Made by a program: the position numbers and the translations under genes
Virus record (IMG/VR): IMGVR_UViG_3300045581_000334
Coordinates: 12,695-76,694 of that record
Strand: one strand, 5' to 3'
DNA length: 64,000 nucleotides
From: a virus
Shown here: positions 31,319 to 39,864 of the stretch, piece after piece
Numbering within the stretch: the first letter of the stretch is position 1
Layout of the letters: every line of letters begins with the position of its first letter
The notes under the pieces: generated by a model
Databases searched by the model: none
Seen by the model: the letters and a program-made list of their open reading frames with translations, nothing else
Told to the model about the DNA's origin: nothing

Positions 31319-32079
31319 TACTTGTACTCTCTTCTTGACCAGACATTCTTTATGTATACCCCACCGTCGGGAACCCTATACTTTTTCATGTTGTCATTCA
31401 TTTTAGCATAAATGTCATTTTGAGACAATAGCTCTATTTCACTTTCCCAATCTTCTCTTTTAAATGGGATAATTTGCATATATGGGGTTCCAGCTTTAAT
31501 TGTGCCTTCATATCCATCAACAACAAAAAATGGGAATGTTCCAGACAAATGAACTTTATCGTTATCTACAATCCCAGTAGTATTTAAAAATGGAAGATCG
31601 AATCTATTCATTGGTGTCATATATATACAGCTGTATCCTTCTGGAACCTCTAGACCCCAATCTGGCTGCCAAGCAAAGTGATACTTGTAGTAACCCTTTG
31701 GGTGCTCAAACTGTGGCATGGGTGGCCTTCTTGATACGAAGTCTCTGCAGTTTAATTCTGAAACCTTGACATCAATATTTCCCTGACTGTCTTTAAAAAA
31801 TGTTATGTCGCATGGTGTTTTTAAAACGTAACCTGTTGAGAACCCATCCATAATTGCTGGGCAAGCTTTCCAAGTTGGGATCTTGCCATAATCATCCTTA
31901 GTTCCTTCTTTTGGAAATGGACAAACCGCTTTAGGAGCTTTAAAATAATCTCCGTTTGGCATCTTAGCAAATCTGTCTGCCTCCTTGTACCACTTTGGCA
32001 TCACGGAGTGTGTTGTGGCAGGAGTTGACTTGCTATCTTTTTTTAACCAGGGCCTGAATGACCTAAAAATTATTTTCAT
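31318..32079 (-). CDS. DUF6065-like (dUTPase-like beta fold) protein
   Basis: PKWYK, KACP..MDG..TGY, PMNRFDLPF, GIVD.D and IKAGTP.MQIIPFKRE motifs. Confidence 0.65.
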   Translation of the reverse strand: MKIIFRSFRPWLKKDSKSTPATTHSVMPKWYKEADRFAKMPNGDYFKAPKAVCPFPKEGTKDDYGKIPTWKACPAIMDGFSTGYVLKTPCDITFFKDSQGNIDVKVSELNCRDFVSRRPPMPQFEHPKGYYKYHFAWQPDWGLEVPEGYSCIYMTPMNRFDLPFLNTTGIVDNDKVHLSGTFPFFVVDGYEGTIKAGTPYMQIIPFKREDWESEIELLSQNDIYAKMNDNMKKYRVPDGGVYIKNVWSRREYK

Positions 32080-32789
32080 TACTTATGACCGATTTCATTA
32101 ATGTCTGTCATAATAACAACACAATACTTAGTTCCCTCTTTCATTGGCAATGACGCATGTTCATAAATATAGTTTGATGGGAATATTGCAATATCTCCAA
32201 CTTTTGGGGTATGAATATGATTATCTAATCTTGGAAATTGTATCTCTCCACCCTCGTAGTCATCGTTAATATAAATTACTGCAGATACAGTACAATTATA
32301 TGCTGGCCCATGGTCGGCATGAATTCTAAAATGCTTACCTTCTCCTTCATACTTTACAAAGTTAAATGCTTCATAATATACAACATTTATCCCCCAGTAT
32401 CTTGCGTAATCATCAATACAAAATTTTAACTTCTCATAAATTTCATTATGTAAATCAATTAATGGAGCATTAAATTCATTTTTAGGGCCAAGGTTTTCTG
32501 GCTTAAATTTAAAATCTACGCAGTCCCTTGCCTTTTTAATCGGAACTACAGAATTTGTTACTTGAGCCTCTGACCATCTATATCTGGCCCCATTAGTTAA
32601 GTTGTCTTCAAGTATCTTTATATATCTTTCTGCGTCCTCTTTTGAAAAAGTATTATGATAAATGTTTAGACCTAATCCTGGATTAGTAGTTGTAATAGTA
32701 CTGTTAACTCTTCTTTCTGGCAGCCTATTAGAAGCTGTCTCAGATCTATCTTTATTAAACCAGTGGTCTTGTGGGTCTTGATAATTCAT
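32079..32789 (-). CDS. 2OG-Fe(II) oxygenase (prolyl 4-hydroxylase-like)
   Basis: HAD...YINDDYEGGEI...FPSNYIYEH...KY. Close paralogue of 30635..31318. Start moved to the ATG behind an AGGA RBS. Confidence 0.9.
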   Translation of the reverse strand: MNYQDPQDHWFNKDRSETASNRLPERRVNSTITTTNPGLGLNIYHNTFSKEDAERYIKILEDNLTNGARYRWSEAQVTNSVVPIKKARDCVDFKFKPENLGPKNEFNAPLIDLHNEIYEKLKFCIDDYARYWGINVVYYEAFNFVKYEGEGKHFRIHADHGPAYNCTVSAVIYINDDYEGGEIQFPRLDNHIHTPKVGDIAIFPSNYIYEHASLPMKEGTKYCVVIMTDINEIGHK

Positions 32790-32846
32790 TGTTTTTCCTA
32801 CCTTTACAAACACATTGTATCATAATAAATATTTTATTATGTTTAA

Positions 32847-33893
32847 TCAGGAAACTCTTGTTCCTGATTCTTTTACTGACTGACTAGAAACTATTATAAA
32901 CTTACAATTCTCACGAAAATCTTTTAGGTTGTGAGATCCGCAATACGACATTCCGCTTGTCAAGTTATTAATCATTTGATTAATTGTATCCTCAACACTG
33001 CCTCTTTTTTCTACTTTGCCATGAACACCCTCTACATGCAAACGACTTGCATCTTCTGGCTTTTTATCCATTAAATCTAGTTGTAAGCTAAGAGATGCCG
33101 TTCCTCTAAATTCATTACTTGCACATTCTTCATGACCCGCAAACATGGATCCCATCATTACTGCACTTGCGCCTGCGGCTAAAGCTTTTACAATGTCGCC
33201 AGTTTGCTTTACTGCGCCATCTGAAATCAATCCGTTTATTTCATTTGATTTAATATTGTTATAAACATCCATAACTGACGCAAGAACTGGAACTCCAAAT
33301 CCAGTAGCAAATCTGGTATTGCATGCTGCTCCGCCACCGATACCTACTCGTACTGAATCTGCTCCAGAATTCATTAAATCATCATATGCTTCATAGGAAG
33401 AAACATTTCCAATCATTATATGAGTGTCATTTGGAACAGATGATCTAAGTTGTTTTACAGCATTTATACAAATATCTGTGTGGGCAAATGCCGTATCTAT
33501 TAGTAATGTTTTTATGTTATGAGATAAAATATTATTAATAAAATCAGAATTGTTTGCCTCTTCAATATTTACAGAGAATCCTAATTTATTGTTTGATGGC
33601 AACAACCTAGACAATTCTTTTAGCTGACTAAATCTATTTGCAGAATTCTGCCACCTATTTATAAACCCCATCCCGCCTCTATTAATTATTTTATAAATCA
33701 TTTCATTGGTACTTATAAAATCCATTGGTGCCATTAAAAATGGAATATCTAAATTAATATGCGCTGCTGGGTTATTTGGATTTCCTAATTTTGTTTTAAC
33801 ATCAACACTAGACCTACTAACAACACTTGATTTTTTAGGAACAAGTAAGACGTCGTCAAAACAAACGCTGTTAGTAGCAGTGTCTAGATGCAT
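32847..33893 (-). CDS. IMP dehydrogenase / GMP reductase family protein (no CBS domains)
   Basis: FDDVLLVP, APMD, GIGGGAAC.TR catalytic Cys loop, DIVKALAAGA..VMMGSMFAG and SGMSYCG. Confidence 0.9.
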   Translation of the reverse strand: MHLDTATNSVCFDDVLLVPKKSSVVSRSSVDVKTKLGNPNNPAAHINLDIPFLMAPMDFISTNEMIYKIINRGGMGFINRWQNSANRFSQLKELSRLLPSNNKLGFSVNIEEANNSDFINNILSHNIKTLLIDTAFAHTDICINAVKQLRSSVPNDTHIMIGNVSSYEAYDDLMNSGADSVRVGIGGGAACNTRFATGFGVPVLASVMDVYNNIKSNEINGLISDGAVKQTGDIVKALAAGASAVMMGSMFAGHEECASNEFRGTASLSLQLDLMDKKPEDASRLHVEGVHGKVEKRGSVEDTINQMINNLTSGMSYCGSHNLKDFRENCKFIIVSSQSVKESGTRVS

Positions 33894-33894
33894 C

Positions 33895-34365
33895 TTAGTC
33901 TTTTAAAGATTTCCAAGGGTTTGGAGGTAGTTTTAAACTTGATTCCAGAAACCAATTCCATTCTTGATGCTTAGATAACCTTTGAGATAAATGTTGAACA
34001 AGTCCGTGCTCACCAAATCTGATTGCGGTTGATATTAATATTTTTATTTCTTCAATCATTTTTTTATTTATTGGAACTAAATGAACAGCCATTTCGACTC
34101 CACAATAAGTGTCTGGCTTTACATTTCCCAAGGTCTGGTATTCGGCATACTGTTCTAAAGTATATAATGCTTCTATGTTTAACTTCCTTAACCAATTGGA
34201 AGTTTCATCTACTGCCTTTTCTGAATCTTCATAAATATCTCTATATACAATTCTAGATTGTCTCATCAAAACCGACTCTGTGTTCCAAACAAATCCCCGA
34301 ACAAGATTTGTGAACACAATAGAGTTAGCCTGAAATGTTTTTAATGGCTTGCTTAATTCATCCAC
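33895..34365 (-). CDS. Dps/ferritin-like protein (divergent)
   Basis: GFVWN, IYED...VDE and H..W.WFL.S four-helix pattern. Confidence 0.6.
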   Translation of the reverse strand: MDELSKPLKTFQANSIVFTNLVRGFVWNTESVLMRQSRIVYRDIYEDSEKAVDETSNWLRKLNIEALYTLEQYAEYQTLGNVKPDTYCGVEMAVHLVPINKKMIEEIKILISTAIRFGEHGLVQHLSQRLSKHQEWNWFLESSLKLPPNPWKSLKD

Positions 34366-34429
34366 TATTAATTACCCTTCTAATAATAAGAGGTTATAAT
34401 AATAACACATTAAAAAAAATGTGTCAATA

Positions 34430-34972
34430 CTAGATGTTTAAAAACTGACTAATTTTATTTATTAAATCTGGATCGTCGTAATCAATTTTAATAAAATTAG
34501 GATTGCTTGACAGATTACTGTTAATGCTGCTAACGTGAGCATCATATATTGTAGAAAGCTCTTCATTCGTTAGATCAAGCATATTTGTTTTGCCTGTTTG
34601 CTGATAAAAGTTGCAGAAAAATTCTTCAAATAAATAATCAGGCACATGGCTAACATAAAGGTCTTTTACATAATTCATTTTTTCAAGCCAAGCTTCTTTG
34701 CTTATATCAATAAAAATAAACTTAGTATTATTATCTTTTTCAAAAGCATACTGGTGTATAAAAGAAGATGGGAATTCTATAAAAGCATCAACATTTGCGT
34801 ATTTAGAATCAAAGTATTCTTTTGCACCATTGATATTTTCTTCATATTTACCTAAAGAGGTTTGATAACCTATTCCTTTAAAAAAATATTCATAGCTTAT
34901 ATTCTTAAGAGAAAAAAGAGATGCAATCTCTTCTCCTCTGGACATGTTTAATGACACTACGCAAATTTTCAT
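34430..34972 (-). CDS. Divergent sulfotransferase-like (P-loop) protein
   Basis: MKICVVSL...DAFIEFP...KFI...EAWLEK resembles family-4 sulfotransferases; the PAPS loop is degenerate. Confidence 0.45.
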   Translation of the reverse strand: MKICVVSLNMSRGEEIASLFSLKNISYEYFFKGIGYQTSLGKYEENINGAKEYFDSKYANVDAFIEFPSSFIHQYAFEKDNNTKFIFIDISKEAWLEKMNYVKDLYVSHVPDYLFEEFFCNFYQQTGKTNMLDLTNEELSTIYDAHVSSINSNLSSNPNFIKIDYDDPDLINKISQFLNI

Positions 34973-35070
34973 GTATCTATTATATCATTTTCATTATTAT
35001 TGTCAACTGAATCTGTGGGTCTATCATTACCTAATCCGACGTGATCAGCGCATCCACACATCCAACACAT
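34969..35070 (-). CDS. 33-aa peptide MCWMCGCADH... (not in the ORF track)
   Basis: ATG abuts the upstream TAA (TAAATG) and the stop overlaps the downstream start (ATGA). Confidence 0.6.
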   Translation of the reverse strand: MCWMCGCADHVGLGNDRPTDSVDNNNENDIIDT

Positions 35071-36129
35071 TTATCCAACCACCTTTTCTATGGAATATTT
35101 TATATCATTCCATATATCTTCCATGTCTTCACACCCTACAGACAGTCTAATCAGGTTGTGGGGGACCAGGGGACTCTCTAGTGGCCAACGCCTTCTTCTT
35201 TCCCACAAAGACTCTACGCTTCCAAGGCTTGTAGCATATCCTATTAGTTTTGAAGAATAACATATCTCATCAACTTCGATTTCTGTTGCATCAATTTCAA
35301 AAGATACGACTCCTCCAAATCCAGGATAATATACTTTGTTAACTTTAGGATGGTTTTGTAGTCTCCAAACCAATCCTCTTGCGTTATTCTCAGACTTTTT
35401 AAATCTTAAAGGGAAAGTTCTTATGCCTCTCAAAGAAAGCCAGGATTCAAATGGTGCTGCTATAGTTCCGTTTATTTTTCTTTCAAACTCTATCTTCTCA
35501 AAAAGGTCATTGTTATTTGTAGATATAGATCCAATTAATACGTCGCTATGACCCGATAAATATTTTGTAACGGAATGTAATGAAATATCTGCACCCAGTT
35601 TAAGTGGCTGCTGATTAATTGGTGTCGCAAATGTATTATCCACTACAACAATAATATTTGATTGTTTAGCGCAATTTATTAAAGTTTCTAATTCTGCAAT
35701 ATCTAACATTGGGTTTGTAGGAGATTCTATCCACAACATATATGCACCTGCAAGATTTTCTATAACTTCTTCTGTATTTGCTATATCTACAAATCTTGCA
35801 ATTATTTTATTTTCATCATTTAGTTTTTTTAATGTGGCGTTTACTCCAGCATAACCTTGGTTTGATGCAACCACAATATTTCCAACTGGTACCGTTGATA
35901 AAATAGAACTCACTGCAGACATCCCAGAGCTAAAAGCTAATGTCTTTCCGCCCTCTAAAGATGATATTGCATTTTCTAAATCTTTACAGTTTTCATTTCC
36001 ATATCTTGCATAGCCAATATCTCCTCCAGCATAATATGTAGAGTTAAGAGATATTGGAGTATTGAATGGACCATCTGGACTTCTATCTGGTCTTCCAGAA
36101 TGTATAGATCTAGTATTAAATCCTGTCAT
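35071..36129 (-). CDS. Cys/Met metabolism PLP enzyme (cystathionine gamma-synthase/lyase-like)
   Basis: YARYGN, FSSGMSA, ESPTNP, VDNTFA, HSVTKYLSGHSD (PLP Lys) and LIRLSVGCED. Confidence 0.92.
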   Translation of the reverse strand: MTGFNTRSIHSGRPDRSPDGPFNTPISLNSTYYAGGDIGYARYGNENCKDLENAISSLEGGKTLAFSSGMSAVSSILSTVPVGNIVVASNQGYAGVNATLKKLNDENKIIARFVDIANTEEVIENLAGAYMLWIESPTNPMLDIAELETLINCAKQSNIIVVVDNTFATPINQQPLKLGADISLHSVTKYLSGHSDVLIGSISTNNNDLFEKIEFERKINGTIAAPFESWLSLRGIRTFPLRFKKSENNARGLVWRLQNHPKVNKVYYPGFGGVVSFEIDATEIEVDEICYSSKLIGYATSLGSVESLWERRRRWPLESPLVPHNLIRLSVGCEDMEDIWNDIKYSIEKVVG

Positions 36130-36130
36130 T

Positions 36131-37129
36131 TTATCCCCATATCGCTGCCGAGCATTTTGTACACATGTCTGAATACGACTTAAGTATCATATCAGATCTT
36201 TCTTTACTATTCCAAATATCTTTTAGGCTAGTAGAATTTACGTTTCCATATACAGTTTCAAAATCATAGTCTGCACAACAAATAAACAGATCTCCGTTTG
36301 GATTTATGTGTACCCACTCATTTGTCCTGCTTCTTATTTCTATTCCGCCATTACACCCTATAACCTTTTTATTATCAGACTTTAAATATTTATCAATGGC
36401 AAACCTTTGCGTAAGTATTCCATATTTTTCTAAGTGTGCAGCTCTGTCATATAAATGATGAGAGGTGCTAATATCTAAACCTGGAAACATTATTTTAAAC
36501 TGTTCTGCATCTCTTGCCAACTCTCCGTTATCATCATCTAGGTCTACTTTTGGCGCATTGCTTAAAAGGTCTAACCATCCACCATTTTTTGTTAGAGATG
36601 AATTATTTACCCCATTTACCATAAGGTGCAAATAAGGATTAAAAAGACCACTATTCTTTTTTTCATTTAAATATTTAACATTAGACACAACTTTATCAAA
36701 AAGTTTTATGTTCATATTAACGTATCTAGACCATCTTTCTGGTTCGGAAGCTGGTATGTTTAACAAGATTCCGTTAATAACGTCTTGATACTCTATAAGT
36801 AAATCAACTTTTTTCGGAGTTAACGCTACCCCGTTTGTTAAAATATTTGTTTTAAATCCATACTTTTTATAAACCTGCAGCATTTCTTCAAGGTGCTTAT
36901 AAAGTAAAACTTCATTATAATTTGCAGAGTATGCTAAGTTTAAATTTGGATCTACAAAGTCTCCCTTGCCTTCTGTCAACTGTCTCAATATATTATCTAA
37001 TTCAGATATCTCCATGTCTCTTATTGCTGATTTAGGGTTTCCCGCATAAGAAACTGGGCAGAACCAACAGCCAGCATTACAAAGTCCATTGACATCAATT
37101 TGAACTGCTTTAATCATATAATTATTCAT
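36131..37129 (-). CDS. Radical SAM protein with SPASM/twitch domain
   Basis: CNAGCWFC, LTNG and C-terminal GC...NGDLFICC...GNV...IWNS...CTKC. Confidence 0.9.
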   Translation of the reverse strand: MNNYMIKAVQIDVNGLCNAGCWFCPVSYAGNPKSAIRDMEISELDNILRQLTEGKGDFVDPNLNLAYSANYNEVLLYKHLEEMLQVYKKYGFKTNILTNGVALTPKKVDLLIEYQDVINGILLNIPASEPERWSRYVNMNIKLFDKVVSNVKYLNEKKNSGLFNPYLHLMVNGVNNSSLTKNGGWLDLLSNAPKVDLDDDNGELARDAEQFKIMFPGLDISTSHHLYDRAAHLEKYGILTQRFAIDKYLKSDNKKVIGCNGGIEIRSRTNEWVHINPNGDLFICCADYDFETVYGNVNSTSLKDIWNSKERSDMILKSYSDMCTKCSAAIWG

Positions 37130-37727
37130 ACTGTTTTCTATCCCAATAATATTTTTTATAAAAATTATTTTCTTTATATTTATTATTTCTAGTATCACAT
37201 TCTTCTAAAAGATTTTCATTTAATTCCATTGTCCATTGTTCTCTCATAAAAGGAATTATTTGAAATATAGGAGTTCCAGCTTTAATTATTCCTTCGAACC
37301 CCTCTTTTATAAAAAATGGAAGATTTCCTTTTGGCATTATAGAGTCTGAATCTACAATAGCCGACAAGGTTGTAAATGGCAAATCGTATCTGTTTATTGG
37401 ATGACAAATTAATATACTATAATCTTTAGGAGTTTTTATAATGTACGGATTTTTCCATAAAAATTGTCTGCTATCATGATTAAATGGTATTGGCATATTT
37501 CCAATACTGCTACTATCACGCAATCCAATAACATCTAAATCATTGTTTAAATCTATGTCTTGTTTTAAAACCATAGAGTATCCAGAAATAAATCCATCTA
37601 TAAAAGGCATGCAATGTTTTAGCATTAATGAACTTGGTTCATCTTTATACCATTGTGGTATTATTTTTTTTGCAGGTACAAGACTCATCTTTGTCTCATT
37701 TTCTTGACAGTAAAATTCAAGCTGCAT
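37122..37727 (-). CDS. DUF6065-like protein, paralogue of 31318..32079
   Basis: PQWYK, KHCMPFIDG..SGY, PINRYDLPF and IKAGTPIFQIIPF.RE.W. Confidence 0.65.
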   Translation of the reverse strand: MQLEFYCQENETKMSLVPAKKIIPQWYKDEPSSLMLKHCMPFIDGFISGYSMVLKQDIDLNNDLDVIGLRDSSSIGNMPIPFNHDSRQFLWKNPYIIKTPKDYSILICHPINRYDLPFTTLSAIVDSDSIMPKGNLPFFIKEGFEGIIKAGTPIFQIIPFMREQWTMELNENLLEECDTRNNKYKENNFYKKYYWDRKQYE

Positions 37728-37734
37728 GTTAAGA

Positions 37735-38358
37735 TTATATCTTATAGACTAATGCTTGTCCAGTAGGTAATTCTAAAATATTATCTACTCCAAAGAAATC
37801 ATTCATTGCTTTTCGTGCTCCTGGGGTTTTATCTGATCCATAATCGTCACATATCAATACCCCGCCTTTAATTAGTCTTGGCCAAAAATATTCTATAGAA
37901 TTTTTGGTGGGGTCATATAAATCAACATCTATATTAACATAGGAATATTGTTCATCATTAAGTTTATCAAATACCTCTGGGATCCAGCCTTTATATAAAT
38001 CTACATTATCAAAGTTTTTTAATATTTTCTCTGCAAATGATATACTTATAGATAATTTTTTAGACTTAAAATAATCGCTATCATATTCACCAGGTTCTGA
38101 GACACCCTCAAAAGAATCTACCCCTATGAATTTGTTTTTACAAAGATCCGCTACAAAAAACATAGACATTCCAGCATAAACACCGCACTCAGCAAAATTT
38201 CCTTTGTCTTTTTGCTGAGTGGCTAGTTGTCTTAATATGTATAATCTGGCATATAAAGAATTATTAATTTCATTATTTATTCCTGCTAGAATGTTAAATT
38301 GATTAAACAATGAAACAAACTTAGCATCTTGTTGCCAAGATGAGATATATGAATCCAC
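37735..38358 (-). CDS. TylF/MycF-family O-methyltransferase
   Basis: AECGVYAG, DSFEG, KGW, IDVDLY and GGVLICDDY motifs. Confidence 0.9.
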   Translation of the reverse strand: MDSYISSWQQDAKFVSLFNQFNILAGINNEINNSLYARLYILRQLATQQKDKGNFAECGVYAGMSMFFVADLCKNKFIGVDSFEGVSEPGEYDSDYFKSKKLSISISFAEKILKNFDNVDLYKGWIPEVFDKLNDEQYSYVNIDVDLYDPTKNSIEYFWPRLIKGGVLICDDYGSDKTPGARKAMNDFFGVDNILELPTGQALVYKI

Positions 38359-38359
38359 G

Positions 38360-39838
38360 TTACGAAATTACTAAATAATTTCCAACTAGGAACCAAGCAT
38401 GTGGGGCTGTTCTAATTTCATAAACATCTCCCTCATCAAGTATTTCAATCTTTTCAACTGGAACATATGAAACCTTTCCAGAGTTGCTATCAATATTTAC
38501 AAGAATATCTCCTACAACAATATCTTTAGGTTCTTTAGTACCAATTCCAACTTCATTTTTAATAAAGATTGGCTGATATGGTGAGAATAAATTTTCACCA
38601 TCATTTAATTTAATTAACTGCTTTTGGCTTAACTCGCTCTTAACAACTTCTGTTTCAATAAATTCAACATTATCAGATATTGACACGTTGTTTAGTGTAT
38701 CAGAATTTGTTAAATAACTTGGGTCAACTGTAAGCAAAATATCTCCTACCTTAATGTCTTCAGCATTAACATATCCATTGCTGGTAAGGATTTTAGATTT
38801 TGCATAGACACACTTATATCCCTTAGAGAAAGTTGGGAAGTATGGTGGGAAGAATGGGAAGAATGGGAAGTACGGGAAGAAAGGTGGGAAGAATGGGAAG
38901 AATGGGAAGTACGGGAAGAACGGTGGGAAGAATGGGAAGAATGGGAAGTACGGGAAGAACGGTGGGAAGAATGGGAAGAATGGGAAGTACGGGAAGAACG
39001 GTGGGAAGAATGGGAAGAATGGGAAGAATGGGAAGAACGGTGGGAAGAATGGGAAGAATGGGAAGAACGGGAAGAACGGTGGGAAGAATGGTGGGAAGAA
39101 CGGGAAGAACGGTGGGAAGAATGGGAAGAACGGTGGGAAGAATGGTGGGAAGAACGGTGGGAAGAACGGGAAAAACGGTGGGAAGAACGGTGGGAAGAAC
39201 GGTGGGAAGAACGGTGGAAAGAACGGTGGGAAGAACGGAGCTAAAGTTGTTATGCTGCTAGTTGTTGCTCCAGCAGAAGGCCCATTAGCGTTTGTTGCGG
39301 TAACAGTATAAGTTTGCGAAGTTCCTGCGGTATCTGAAATTACTACTGATGTTGCTGAGGCTGACAAGTCTCCTGAAGAAGATCCATCGCTACCAGTAAC
39401 ATTGTGTTTAGTTATTGCTTTTCCTCCGTTTGCCCCAATAGTCCAGCTAATTGTATTTTGATTAATTCCAGCTGTAGCAGTAACTGATTGTGGAGACTGA
39501 GGAACTGTAGTAATTGGAACAGATGAACTTGTTGTAGGAGAAGAAGATCCAGCATTATTTGATGCAACTACGGTGAATGTATAACTACCTGCAGATAAGC
39601 CAGTAAATGTATAAGATGTATTAGTGGTTGTTTGGCTTGATGATGCAGGAGTTGTAGTAATTGTATAAAGAGTTGCTGGTGGAGATGCTGCTGGCAAAGA
39701 CCAGCTTAAAGAAGCGGCTCCATTTCCGTATGGTCTACCTGTTCCTACGTCGGAAGCAGATAATCCAGTTACAGCATTTGGCTCTAAGAAATTATCTTGA
39801 GCTGAAGACTTTCTTCCTCTTCTTTTACTTGATGCCAT
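38360..39838 (-). CDS. FN3 x2 + Phe/Pro repeat + C-terminal Hint domain protein
   Basis: Two FN3 domains (LSWSLP...YTFTGL...YTFTVVASNNAG), a ~135-residue F/P/Y-only tract, then a Hint domain beginning CVYAKSKILT. Confidence 0.85.
   Translation of the reverse strand: MASSKRRGRKSSAQDNFLEPNAVTGLSASDVGTGRPYGNGAASLSWSLPAASPPATLYTITTTPASSSQTTTNTSYTFTGLSAGSYTFTVVASNNAGSSSPTTSSSVPITTVPQSPQSVTATAGINQNTISWTIGANGGKAITKHNVTGSDGSSSGDLSASATSVVISDTAGTSQTYTVTATNANGPSAGATTSSITTLAPFFPPFFPPFFPPFFPPFFPPFFPFFPPFFPPFFPPFFPFFPPFFPFFPPFFPPFFPFFPFFPFFPPFFPFFPFFPFFPPFFPYFPFFPFFPPFFPYFPFFPFFPPFFPYFPFFPFFPPFFPYFPFFPFFPPYFPTFSKGYKCVYAKSKILTSNGYVNAEDIKVGDILLTVDPSYLTNSDTLNNVSISDNVEFIETEVVKSELSQKQLIKLNDGENLFSPYQPIFIKNEVGIGTKEPKDIVVGDILVNIDSNSGKVSYVPVEKIEILDEGDVYEIRTAPHAWFLVGNYLVIS
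38363..38812 (-). other. Hint (intein-like) autoprocessing domain
   Basis: Block A C...ILTSNGYVNAEDIKVGD, KDIVVGD repeat and block F VEKIE...VYEIRT...FLVGNYLV; no terminal His-Asn. Confidence 0.8.
38828..39239 (-). repeat. Tandem 9/12-nt coding repeats (FFP / FFPP / YFP)
   Basis: Plus strand shows GGGAAGAA(C/T) and GGTGGGAAGAA units for ~410 nt. Confidence 0.97.
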
Positions 39839-39864
39839 CTTCTTCTCCTTTTATATTAATTCTA

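Noticed and set aside
38828-39239. Possible CRISPR array or telomere-like repeat
   Set aside because: No unique spacers; units are multiples of 3 inside an ORF; no cas genes.
38833-39261. Plus-strand GRMGR/GRTV-repeat ORF (and the similar 46452..46859)
   Set aside because: Antisense shadow of the F/P repeat, which lacks stops; no RBS and opposite to the operon.
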